NCBI RefSeq assembly: GCF_009834535.1
Contig: NC_045696.1
Coordinates: forward strand, 51,462,001 to 51,526,000
DNA: 64,000 bases
Direction of reading: 5' to 3'
From: Camelus ferus
Lineage: Eukaryota
Shown: in pieces, positions 37,530 to 48,879 of the stretch
How the letters are laid out: each line of letters opens with the position of its first letter
Position numbering within the stretch: the stretch's first letter is position 1
The notes under the pieces: model-generated
What the model was told of the DNA's origin: nothing
What the model saw: only the letters and a program-made list of their open reading frames with translations
The model's database searches: none
Translations under genes and position numbers: made by a program

Positions 37530-38030
37530 CATTCCTTTATTCACACACTTAACCCCGTTTGTTGAGTCCCTGTCAGGCAGCAGGCTCAGGCAGGCTCTGC
37601 ACGGAGATGCACTGGCCAGGAGTCAGGCTCCCCAGGTGGACAAGTGATGAAAGAGCAGATCAGCAGAGAGAACAGAATGTGCACAAGCCCTGTGGCTGAA
37701 GTGGGAGTAACAAGAGGTGGCATGAGGGATGGGTAGGGCCTGATTGGACCCATTAGGGAATTTTGTCTTCTCCTAGGGGGAAAGGAAGCCATTGAGAAGG
37801 GTTATAAAGGGGAGGCTGGGCACGATCAGATCATATTTGTTATTAGTTTCATGTTTTCTTTCTTTCTTAAAGGACTGATAGAATGGGGAGGGGCAAAAGT
37901 GGATGCTGGGAGACCAGGTAGGAAGCTTTTGCAGTGGTGGTAAAGTGAAGAAATGAAAATAAATCAGAGGGTGCTGATGATCAAGAAGAGGCAGGGATAG
38001 GACAGAGATATTTAGAGGAGGAAGATGAAA
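37530..38030 (-). mobile_element. L2 fragment
   Basis: gaagccattgagaag...gatgctgggagaccaggtaggaagct...agagatatttagagg. Confidence 0.6.
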
Positions 38031-38259
38031 ATATGAGAAAGAACGGTTGTGTTCTTTCTCTCTCCTCTAGTTATGTCAAACTATTTTCACTTTTGACTTG
38101 GTTTACTTTTTTCATATTTATCTTTTCAACTTATATCCTTGTATAAGAAAATCAAAGGGAATAGATTTATTTGAGACAAGTTACATCACAATGTGGATAT
38201 GCTTATATAGGACCTGTGCCCAAGACTTTGAAGTGGTATAAAAATCTATATTATATACA

Positions 38260-38482
38260 GTGCCATCATTAAGAGCGTGGATTTTGCAGACAGAATATTA
38301 GCTGTGTGACCCCTAAAGAGCTATTTCATCTTTCTAAGCTTCAGATTCACTGTCTAAAAAATGGGGATAAAAATAACTTGGTGGGTTGCTCTGAGAATTA
38401 AATGAGATAATCCATATAAGGCCATTAGCAGAGAGCCTGGCATAATGAAACTGCTCAGTGAATGTTAACTAGCATTATTATT
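38260..38482 (+). mobile_element. MIR SINE
   Basis: ttaagagcgtgga...tagctgtgtgacc...aaaatggggata...attaaatgagataat...gcctggcata. Confidence 0.85.
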
Positions 38483-39814
38483 CATAGCTTTTAGCTGACC
38501 ATCTCCTAGGCAGTTGATTGATGCTCTTATAGGCCTTCAGAGCCAGCACTGAGCACTGTACAAACAGTTCTTGCATGACAGACTTGTGCACAGATTGCAA
38601 GGACTCTGAAAAGGTGGTTCAACATATTGAATTGAATTCTGCCTGTTTTCTCCCAAGTCAGGTTCTGCCTCCGAGACTGTGCAGAACTTGTTGGAGACAC
38701 ACTGCCTGGTGGGGAGGCTGGGGAGGGGAGGGGGCAAGGGGATTGATGAGGGGAAGACTATGATGAGGAACACAGGATTTCTGCTCCTCTTGGCTAATTT
38801 TGGCAGTGGTTTTACTGTGGTGCATTTTTTAAAAATAGGGCTCTGATTTGTTTTCTATTCCTCATTCATTTAGTGAACAATTACAATGTGCTAAGCATTG
38901 TTACAGGTACTGGAGAAACAGCCATGAACAAAGTCCCAGCTTCCGTGGAGTTTAAATTTTGGTGGGGTTATCATGCTTGTTAGTAAATTTTATTCTCCTA
39001 GAAGTCTTAGCTGGCCCAAAATTCGTCCTCCGTGATAGCAATGAAAGGAACCCATGGAACACATTGCCTGTTCTAATCCATACTGAAAAGAAAGTTCTGT
39101 TGTGTGGAGTTTGGCGCTTACTCCTTTTGGGGAATTCAGTTTGTATTTTGTAAGGGGGGCACCAACAGAGAAGTTAATAACCTCAATGGACATTCTTCCT
39201 ATTAATCCTCAAAATACTCATATGCATAATATATTATCGTCATAGATGAAGAAACCGAGGCTAAGAGGGTAAGTGATTTTCCTAGTGGAGGTGGGACTCA
39301 AGATTTAGACTTCACATCTCCTGCTTTATTTCTTTCTTTTATAAATTGAGAGTTCTTTGCTCAACTGCAAACAAATAAATTCAATGGCATTAGCCCACTT
39401 GACAGTTGACTTGATGTTGGTGGTTGGAATTTCTGGTTAATAGCGTTTACACTTTCAGATGGACCAGTCTTCATGGAATGTGACACAGCTTAGTGGTTCC
39501 CAAATGCTAGTCCATGGACCAGTGATGGCGTATGACAAAGTTGTCACCAATCTCAGCCAAATGCAAAATAAATTTAAGTTAAAGGCTGTTTCTCTCATAA
39601 TCTGTCTGCCCGAATTTCCACTGTGGAATGATCATGTCAGTAGGAGGTTGTTAGGTTTTTGTTTGTTTGTTTGTTTGTTTGTTTTAAATGTTACTTTACA
39701 AAATAAAAAGTTGGCAAGCCTATGTCTGTCAATTCTTTTTTTGTTAAAGTTTACCGTTTGGTAAAAGGCTGGGGAAACCTGATATAGCTAAACTAACTAA
39801 ATGAAAAATAGAAG

Positions 39815-41090
39815 TTCTGTTTCTGGCAATATGGAATACTAGATATTAAAAAAAATCCTTCTGGTGCAGAGCACCTAAAAAAGAATGTAAAATTGGAAAA
39901 ATTATATATTTTAAAAAATGCATAGTTGTATTGGCAAGAAAGGAAAATTCCTAGAGGCCAAAAATGACAAGAAAGCAGAAATCAGAGAAAACTACATTTG
40001 GGAGAGAGGAAACAAATCTCCAGGTGTTAGCAAGGTGGAAAATAGGACCAAAGACTCTTGCCTAAAGCTAGTGTTACCAAAAGATGACATCCTTAGTGAA
40101 AACAGGAGATAGAAAAAAAAAAAATAGCGCCTCTCAAAGGAAGCCCAGTAAATACAACTGCCTGTCTCACCCTTAGGATACAAGGAAGGGTAAATTTCTC
40201 CTGAGAAATTCATAACCGTGAGTTAGTCATTGGATTTAAGGCTAGAATTCCCACCACTAATAGGAGCTGAGAAATCCCAAGGTGAGAATTCAAAATAATC
40301 TGAGTTGCTTAGTGCTTCCAAGTGCCTGATTGGAGCAAACGTGAATTTTCTCCGAAAGCACGTACTTTGATTTCAGGCCTCAAAAAATTCCTGCAGTTAT
40401 AGTTCCAATTAACATTGGCTCAAAATTAAAAATCACAAAATAAATGAGGAAATAAGATGTCACAGGAAGACATCAAGAGAAACATCAAGAAGTAGAATCA
40501 GAACTTTAAAAACTTCAGATATTAGAAAAATCAGATACAATATATAAGATAGAAGTTTTGAAAAGATAAGAAATTACCAACAATATTTATTTAAAAAGAA
40601 TCAATTAGAACTTGTATAAATGAAAAATATAAAGACTGGCATTTGAAAGTTTCAGTTGCACAGGTGAAAAGAGAGTTAATGAATGCGAAGATAGATATTT
40701 TCAGATTACTCTGAAAGCTCACAGGAACAAAGAGATTGCAAATATGGGTGGTAAATTAAAGAGAAAGGGAAGATAAAGTGAGAAGGTACAATATACACCT
40801 AGTTGAAATTACAGAAAGCAGTAATAGAGATAATGGCGGAGATGCATATCCCAAGTGATAGTGAATGAAAAATTTCCAGAATTGATAAATACAGGAATCC
40901 TCAGATTCAGAAATTCTTATGAGAACCAAGCATGATAAATTAGAAAACCACACCTAGATATTTTAATCATATTAAAATGATGGAGTATCAAAGATAAACA
41001 GGTCTTTAAAGAAGCTATAGAGAAAAGAAAAATAACCTATAAAGGAATGATAAGCTGACAGCTGATTTCTCAACAGCATCAATGGACATG
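39815..41090 (+). mobile_element. Old L1 5' UTR/ORF1 remnant (L1ME/HAL1-like)
   Basis: A-rich decayed ORF1 text: gaaaaatttccagaattgat...tcctcagattca...cacacctaga...ctgacagctgatttctcaacag. Confidence 0.7.
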
Positions 41091-41784
41091 AGAGGTACAC
41101 ATTCACAATCCTTCACTGAAAAGTAGTTAACAAGCCAAAAGTCCCCTCTAAAGAGTTACATCTCAAAAGCTCTACATTGCATTAGCTTTAAGAAAACACC
41201 CTTTCCCCTGGAAGCTGAATGAACTGCTCCAAACTTGGAATTTAAATATGAGCATTTCTCCTTTATTTTTCCAATTAGCCACTTGTTCACACGTCCCACG
41301 TGCCTCATTATTATGAAGCTCAGCATTCTTCTGACAGTTCTTATGCCCCCTGGATTAAACTGACAAAGAACATTGAGTACTTACTTCCAAGTGGGTTAGT
41401 CCTCTTCTAATGCCAAATGTAGCGACAAACGAAATGCAGTTTATACCACCCAGTGCAGTTACTTTTTCATTGCCATACGTATTGCTGTTGAATTTTGCCT
41501 TGAAAAATTCCATGGATATTTGTCCCACACAAGGACAAACTTGGAATTTAAATATGGACATTTCCTCTCATTTTTCTAGTTAGCCCCTTGACTGCTCACA
41601 TGTCTCAAAGGCATTATCATGAAGCTCAACCTCTCCTCCTGAGAACCCTGCTGCCCTTTAAATTGACTTGTCTAAGAACAGTGGGCACTTACTCCTAAGT
41701 CTGCTTAGTCTGCACCTGTGTGACCAGAGGAGGCTGTTCAGTGACTCTCACAGAAAGGAGACCTCTAGATGGTATTTTCCCCTC

Positions 41785-42128
41785 TGCTATAGGTCTCTCT
41801 CCAATATTCCTATATTGGGCCCTTATATGTGATCGTATTTGGAGATGAGGTCTTTGGGATGCGATTAGGTCAGAGAATGGAGCCCTCATGAATGGGATAA
41901 TTACCCTCATAAGGGAGACCCTAGAGAGCTCCCTTGTCCCTTCCACCACGTGAGGACACAGTGAGGAGACGGTCATCTAATGAACCGGGAAATGGTCTCT
42001 CACCAGACACCGACTCTGCCAGCACCTTGATCTGAACTTCCCAATCTCCAGAACTGTGAAAATAAACTTCTCCTGTTTATAAGCTACTCAGCTGATAGTA
42101 CCTCATTACAGCAGCCCAAACTAAGACA
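41785..42128 (+). mobile_element. MLT1A0-like solo LTR
   Basis: TG...CA; gagccctcatgaatgggat...ccacgtgaggacacag...ctccagaactgtga...aactaagaca; TSD CCCTC/CTCTC. Confidence 0.88.
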
Positions 42129-43084
42129 CTCTCCTAAGCTAGTAAGGTTTTCTTTACTTCCCCTTCACAGTTCACGTTCAGGAACGGACCCCAAATGGGC
42201 AGAATTTACTTATATCATGGCATAGCTGCCAATTGATTTTGCTAGAGAACAAAACTCACAAAATCAGTCTCTTGCGGGGCAGCTCCTTTGGGCAAACTAC
42301 TTCAGCTGAAATACCTGAACAGAATTTTACCTGTGGCTTATAGGTTTGTTTGTGGGAAAAGGCCACTCCTTGTTTATTTCTAAACAGGGAAACTATTTCT
42401 GATGGTATATAATCCCCAATGAAATAATGTTAACAAGTAGTCACACACACTGTGAGGGAGAGCACAGGCAAATCATAAGGTAGAACCAGCGGGTATCAAA
42501 CTTGTTTTCCTTACTGGAAACTACGTGTGATTGCTTGGCTTGAATATTGTATTGGAAAAAAGCAGCTACGCTTCTCTTCATTCAGAACATGAACATATGT
42601 CACAGAGTCTGAAAGGAAATCCAGCATCACCAAACCCCATTCACACGGCAGCAAACATTTAGAAATCAGCTGAGGCCAGCAGACGTGTGTGTGTATGTGT
42701 GTGTATGTGTGTGTGTACACACAACATATTGACATTAACACCAAAGTACTTTCCTTGTGATCAACTCCTAGGAGATAAAAACCTGACACCTAAAATCTAA
42801 CCACTTGCTAAAGGGCATTTATAAATTACTAGGGTTTTAAAGGAAATGTTCATTGAAGAGTGGCAATGCTGAATACTCAGTTTTCATGTGTATTATTCTA
42901 TGTATGTGTTGACTGATTTTTAAACTACCTTATCATTTATTAAGTGTGGCCAAGTAGCTCTGAATTCTTATCTTCAGCTGCTTTTATTTTTTAAGGCATA
43001 GTAACACCAGGACTTTAAAAATCCTGTAATAAAATTCATGTTTTATAAGAAATAAGAGGAGTCACTTTTACCTCAAGGTGCCAT

Positions 43085-43620
43085 TTTTATTAAAATATTC
43101 AAAACATTTATTGCAAAAAGAATACACGCTCTTTGTTTTTTAAAACTGCAAACAATATAGTATATATAAAGTATACTATATATAGTAAAAACTGAAAGTT
43201 CCCTACAACCCTGATCCATCTCATTCCTCACGGATAGTCACTGTTAACAGTGTCAAGGCCATCTTTCCAGATCTAGACTTATTTCCTGCAACTTGCTCTT
43301 TTACCTAACACTGGACCTGGGAGATGTTTTAACAGTGCAATATACAGAGATACCTTACTGTTCCACAGTATTTCATAGAACAGATGTACCGTAACTTCCC
43401 TACTGATGGACATTTAGATTGTTTTCAACATAAAACATTTTCAAGATATTCAAAAGAAAACAATATAAAACCTTTGTTTCATATATAAAAACAAAATCAC
43501 AGTGATATTTTTTTGTCCACATATCTGTACATTTGTGAGAACAGTTCTCTAGGCTCAATTTCTAGAAATTGAATTAAATGTCAAAGGGTCTGCATTTTTA
43601 CATTTTAATACACTGTATGC
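43085..43620 (-). mobile_element. L1ME-type fragment
   Basis: cactgttaacag...ccctactgatggacatttagattgtttt...tcaaagggtctgcatttt. Confidence 0.65.
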
Positions 43621-44236
43621 ATTTTTTTAATTTAAAAATTGTTCCTAAGTTTTTCATTAGCTAAAAGTTAGCTGTCTTTTATCTGGTTTGCTGTACCTCT
43701 AGTTTAACCTCTAGAAAACTGCTGACACGGTTTAGAGAAGCTCTTCTACCTAGGCATGACTAAGGAGGCTGGGAGATCACGGAGGAGAGAATTAAGGCTC
43801 ACGTGGGGAAGCTGCACAGCTACACAAGCATGAATCAAAACACGTCCCTGAATCAAAACAAACAAGTGTATTGAAGTCCAGAAAAAAATGAAAGTGCTGG
43901 GTGTTCAGGGTCACCTGAAGAAAGAGATTAAAAAAAAAAAAAAGAAAAAAAAAACCCCGAAAGCCTTAAATAGTCTTAAATGATGCAGTAAAATGTGCCC
44001 ATTCATATATGGATCCTTACCTCCTTAAACAGAAAATAATTTTATGTGGCTGTTATTTTTAATATTCTAATTTCTTAGAAGTTTCAAGTATTTAATGTCT
44101 TAAGCCTGCCTGTTTCTCACAAAGACTTATGGTCCTCAAGATCAGAGACAATGTTTTAAAACAAAGAGTGCTTTCAACAAATCTTTATAGAGCATCCTTC
44201 AACTGCCCAACTCGCCCCTCATAGACAGATGTGAAT

Positions 44237-44251
44237 ATATATATACACATA

Positions 44252-44289
<38 letters not shown>
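44237..44289. repeat. (TA)n/(CA)n microsatellite in the presumptive ZNF 3' UTR
   Basis: Directly visible. Confidence 0.9.
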
Positions 44290-44290
<1 letters not shown>

Positions 44291-44714
44291 TCCAGCTCCT
44301 GGAACCAAAACTCTCAGTTCCGAGTTGGCAAGGACTGAAGTCCTGGGCAGGGACAGGATACAACAGCAGCTCAAGACTTAGCTACTATATTGCTATATAT
44401 GAGACAAATAAAGGGTCCAGGCCCTTTTACCTTTCAGATATCCTCAAAATAAAGAACCAAATTCAAATCTTCATAGGCTTGGCTTTCAAAAAGTCTGAAA
44501 GAAGCTATGTATACATTTTTCTTTTCTCTTCTACAGCACCCTCCTCCTCGTTCTTTTCCAAATATTCCTGAGATGGTTCAGTGATATAACCTATGGAGAG
44601 AGCTGTGGCAGAAGTTCTGTTCTAAATGCACGATAACCAAGAGGCTTCTCTCCTGAATGAATTCTCAGATGCCAAGTAAAGATAGGCCCTGCGGTTTTCC
44701 TTAGCAGTTATAAT

Positions 44715-44960
44715 CGAAAGGTCTTTTCCCAGTAGAAGCGCTCTGATGTTGACTGAGGTAGGCCCACCTGCAGAAGGTCTTCCCACGTGTCTTACATTCG
44801 GAGAGTTTCTCTCCAGCATGAGATCTCTGATGCTGAGTGAGGACAACAAGGCTTTTGTGTAGTCACTGCATTCAGAGCGCTTCTCTATTGCAGGGCTCAA
44901 ATGTCAAGGGAAAGAAAAGCTTTCACAAGAGGCTCTTCCACATTACTTGCACTCAAAGGT
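44715..44960 (-). pseudogene. Two to three decayed C2H2 finger relics after the frameshifted end of the ZNF ORF
   Basis: Shifted frames read [16 protein letters not shown]..., EKRSECSDYTKA..., LTQHQRSHAGEKLSECKTRGKTFCRWAYLSQHQSASTGKRPF. Confidence 0.8.
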
Positions 44961-45913
44961 TTTTTCTCTGCATGGGCCTTAGTATGCCGGACAAACACAG
45001 AGCGGTGGGCAAAGGCCTTTCCACAATCCCTGCACTCATAGGGCTTCTCTCCAGTGTGACTCCGTTTGTGTCGAGTGAGGGAATAGCCATAGTAAAAACT
45101 TTTACCACAATCTTTACACTTATAGGGCTTTTGTGTGGCATGGGTCTGGCCATGTCGGAAAAAAACAGAGTAGTAGGTGAAGGTCTTTCCACATTCTCTG
45201 CACTTGTAGGGCTTCTCCCCAGTGTGAGTCTTCATGTGTCGAGTTAAGGAAGAGTTGTAGTGAAAGGCTTTCCCACATTCTTCACAACCAAAGGGTTTTT
45301 CTCCTGTGTGGGTCATAATATGCTGGACGAAAACGGAGTGGTAGTTGAAGGTCTTTCCACATTCACTGCACTTGTAGGGCTTCTGGCCAGTGTGAATCCG
45401 CTGGTGGTACATGAGGTGTGACCTCCGGCTGAAGGCCTTCCCACACTCTGCACACTTGTAGGGCTTCTCCCCAGTGTGAATCCTCACGTGCCGGACAAAG
45501 TCCACCTTTTCACGAAAGGCTTTCCCACACTCCTGGCAACCATAAGGCTTCACTCCAGTGTGAATCCGCTGATGCCGAACGAGGCGGCAATTCTTGTTAA
45601 ACAGTTTCCCGCATTCTTTGCATTCGTAGAGGGTCTTCCCTGCATGAACCAAGGTGTCTTTACTTGGTTCCTGTGAATCACATTCACGGAGAGCATCTGC
45701 AGAGTCTCGCTTTTGTGAAACCCCTGAGCACAGACTATCTTCTGTGCCCAGCCCACTGGGTTCCCAGCTCATTTCCATAAGGAGGCTCTCCTTGTGGGAG
45801 GCTGTAACTGGCTTTAAGTGCCCGTCCTGCATTTCAAACAGCCCTTCCTGATCTCTGGTTTGCCCCAATCTGGAGAGCCTTCTGGCTCCCTGAGTCAGTA
45901 CTCCCTGTAGCAA
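44897..45913 (-). CDS. KRAB-less C2H2 zinc-finger protein, 8 fingers, ZNF599/ZNF543-family-like; first in-frame ATG at 45832
   Basis: Eight CxxC-x12-HxxxH fingers with TGEKP[YF]-type linkers; spacer [10 protein letters not shown]...[11 protein letters not shown] resembles recalled ZNF599/ZNF543 last-exon spacers. Orthology not established. Confidence 0.85.
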   Translation of the reverse strand: MLQGVLTQGARRLSRLGQTRDQEGLFEMQDGHLKPVTASHKESLLMEMSWEPSGLGTEDSLCSGVSQKRDSADALRECDSQEPSKDTLVHAGKTLYECKECGKLFNKNCRLVRHQRIHTGVKPYGCQECGKAFREKVDFVRHVRIHTGEKPYKCAECGKAFSRRSHLMYHQRIHTGQKPYKCSECGKTFNYHSVFVQHIMTHTGEKPFGCEECGKAFHYNSSLTRHMKTHTGEKPYKCRECGKTFTYYSVFFRHGQTHATQKPYKCKDCGKSFYYGYSLTRHKRSHTGEKPYECRDCGKAFAHRSVFVRHTKAHAEKKPLSASNVEEPLVKAFLSLDI

Positions 45914-45939
45914 GGACAGGTGCTTCAGCAGAAGGCCTC

Positions 45940-46320
45940 TCTTCCCCGTCTCTTACCGTGCCTCAGCTGTTAGGTCCACTCTAGTTTGGAAACCGCATGG
46001 CCCAGTGAGGCAAGAAGTCCGCAGGTCTCTCCAGCGTCCCTTCCCAGAACAGGGTCTCTGGGCCTGGTCCGGCTGCCGCCCTCCACACGTCCAACACTGC
46101 TGCCCCGGATGCGGCTGCAACCAGCAAGACAAAGGGCCGCGTGGTACCGGCTTCCGCGTGGCACCGGCTTCCGCGTGGCACCGGCTTCCGCGGGGCACCG
46201 GCTTCCGCATGCGCAGAGCGCGCCTCTGACTACAGATACCAAGGAGCCCCGCGCTCAGCCGCCGCCAGGACTACAAATCCCAGAGGCCCCAGTATACTCT
46301 TTTACTTTCGGAAATTGAAT
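45940..46320 (-). promoter_or_regulatory. CpG-island promoter and putative first exon of the ZNF gene
   Basis: Densest CpG cluster in the window; NRF1-like GCATGCGCA 46207-46215; ZNF143/THAP11-type ACTACAAATCCCAGAGGCC 46270-46288 and a weaker copy 46229-46249; four CGGAAG ETS cores; donor CACG|GTAAGA at 45956. Confidence 0.85.
46141..46208. repeat. 17-bp tandem repeat, 4 copies (GTGGCACCGGCTTCCGC)
   Basis: Units 46141-57, 46158-74, 46175-91, 46192-208; at most one mismatch each. Confidence 0.97.
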
Positions 46321-48667
46321 TGTCAGTTACTCTAGAAGGAAGTTCACAAGTGTGGTTGGAAGTTCAACCCAGTTTGTCAGGGAAAACCTCCAAACATGCA
46401 AGCAAACGTGTACGCGAGGAATTTGGTCCTGGAGGGTGTGGGGAGCGACAGGGTCTTATTTACAGCTTTATTTTTTCCGCTGACCCACATCAAGCCGTCT
46501 CCAGGGGCTGGGTGTTAAAGTCAGCTCGGCTGGAAATTCAGGATCTCTTTTCCGTCGCTGATGGTTCTGTCATTAGTAAAACCACATTGAGGTTTGGCCT
46601 CTCCTCTGAAAGGTCTTTCCAAAGAGAAGCTTTCCCACACCTGTCCCAGGAGATGTGTACCAGAAGGTTCACAGTAGCAGACACCTGGAGGGAGCCCAGA
46701 GAAGAGGATGAATAAAGGTCTTCTCCACAGGATGGAACATGATTCAGCAACTCAAGAGGGCTCTAGCCCTGCTGCTGCAGTGGTGGAATCCGAAGCATTA
46801 CAATTTACGTTGCAGAATCTTCAAACAGTAGGGGCCCATCAGTGCCAAGTCCCTCTGGAACTGGTGAGGAGGGGAGACCATCATGTAGAGGATGGTGACA
46901 CTGGTTTAGCAGGACCTTGATCCACTGCCCTCCTCTGCCCAAACTCGAGGTGGTTATTAAGGTGAAGAGAGGATCTTGGAACCGGACAAGGAGAGGCTCA
47001 GTGGAAAAAAGAGGCTTGATGGTCATTGACATCAGTGAAGTGCTAGAACCTCTGCCATCTTTACTGTTCCTGGCAGCTGTTTGGACTGTTCTTCTCTGAG
47101 AATCTGACCAGCTCAAGAAGAGAGACCTAAAGATACTGACATTGCAGGTCTCCCAGTGAAATGATCAGGCAGGTTGACTTTCAGCGAACACTTAAACTTT
47201 GTTTCATTTGTCTGTCTCCAGTGCTTGCCAGAACTGACAACGACAATATTGAAGAGGAAGGGTGATAGCAGATGTTCTTTTCCTTTTCCTGATGTAAAAA
47301 AAATTCTTCTAATATTTTACAATTGAGAATGTGTATAGTATGGATTTTGTTGGTATCACCTGTTTGATCACCTTCATAAAATATATAAATATTAGAGAAA
47401 TTAAAGACCTGGGAAAATCCAACAGAGTTTTCTCACCCAAAGGATTTGGTGGAAGTCAGAATACAGGGCAGAGAGCTCAGCTGTGTTTTCCAGACAGTAA
47501 TACTTTCTCTAGGATGGGAGGCGGTAGTAGATGGCCATGACTTAGGTGGCCATGCATGAACTGGTCTGAATAGGTGCTGGACCATCTTGCCCAGACAGGT
47601 GTCCCTGTCAGTCTCAGGATGCTACACATTTGAGACAACATTCTCTCCAACAGTGGTTCTCCAGGTGTGGCCCTTGGTCTCAGTTGTGTCCACTTTCAAG
47701 AGTTCAGGAAAGTCTGATCACTAAACACTGGCATCATAGTCACAATGATGTGGACAATTACAAAATAAGTTGGCTTTGCTTCTTAGAAAAGTGCAATTTT
47801 CTTCTTTAGTGAATTTGTCTCTTAGTATATAGTTTTAATGATATAGAACAGTTTCCTAAATGATTGGTACTTTCAGTCATTTAAGCCACAGTAGCAAGTA
47901 ACCTGAATCTCTCAGCAGGTAGTTGGTATAAGTTAGGTCACATGAATACCTATACTATACTCAGAGTCTGCCATCTGAGAATTCTCAGGAGGGCTTTTCA
48001 TGAGGGCTCATCTGTCAGCCTGGGCTACTGCAGGTGACTTAACCATTGTGAGTGTAGACTGTCACCTGCAATTTTTGGTTCTTGGACACACCTGTGGGTA
48101 GAGTGTCCACCACTGTTCGTCTGCCCCCCTTTAAGCATTATAGTCCAAGCACGAACATAGACTTTTTCTTTAGTATTAAACAAAGCTGTGAGTTTATTAA
48201 AACTTTGTTGAACACTGGGGGTTGCAGAGGGACTTCCACATAGAGAATAACTTACAATAACTGGCCTTTTTCCATGGCTGTTCTTAGACCCCTTGGTTCT
48301 CAGTCTGTGCTCCTCCAGCCTCCGTAGGACCGCTTTTATGTATAGAGCCCATTCTTCCCACTTAAGGAAGAGGCCAGGTTTCCACTGCCACCCAGAAACA
48401 ACTTAAACATGCCTCACTTCCCCAGACCCTAAGCCCAAGTCAAGGTTCAGAGAGAGGAAGAAATTTCCTTCTCAAACCCAATTCAGGCCTGTCTTCCCCA
48501 TTTTTTGTTCCCACCTTTTACCTTTATGGATGACTTGGTGTAGTATCTACTTCCTTTAGCAGAGACTCCTCCTCCATTCACACAGTATTGGCCTTACCTT
48601 GTGTCTCCAATAGTACATCCCTTAGAGTACATAATAGAGCAACATTTCTACAAGATATCATACTTAC

Positions 48668-48830
48668 TATTGTGGGTTGAATTGCATCCCCCCAAAATAC
48701 GTTGAAGTTTTAACCCCCAGTACCTGTGAATGTGACTTTATTTAGAAATAGGATCTTTGCAGATTATCAAGTTTAAGATGAGGTCATTAGGGTGGGCCCT
48801 AGTCTAATACGGTTATGACCTTTCAAAAAA
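48668..48830 (+). mobile_element. 5' part of MLT1C/B-like LTR, truncated
   Basis: gggttgaattgcatcccccc...aacccccagtacctgtgaatgtgac...gaggtcattagggtgggccct. Confidence 0.85.
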
Positions 48831-48879
48831 GTTTCAGAAAAAGAGAGAAAGCTCTTTTCATTAAGAAGAGTGAGTGATT

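Noticed and set aside
44837..45851. Plus-strand ORFs overlapping the ZNF gene
   Set aside because: Antisense shadow ORFs typical of C2H2 arrays.
44897..45913. Assigning the symbol ZNF599 or calling it a processed retrocopy
   Set aside because: Similarity is family-level and from memory; finger number differs; no poly-A tail or TSD is visible and promoter motifs plus a donor site are retained.
46141..46208. Regular short repeats as a CRISPR-like array
   Set aside because: Head-to-tail units with no spacers, mammalian context and no cas genes; a simple VNTR.
46590..47640. Possible upstream KRAB exons
   Set aside because: No VTFEDV/EEW/LYRDVMLE-type motif in the provided ORFs; the sequence looks like decayed L1 and CR1/L3 fragments and lies on the far side of the promoter.
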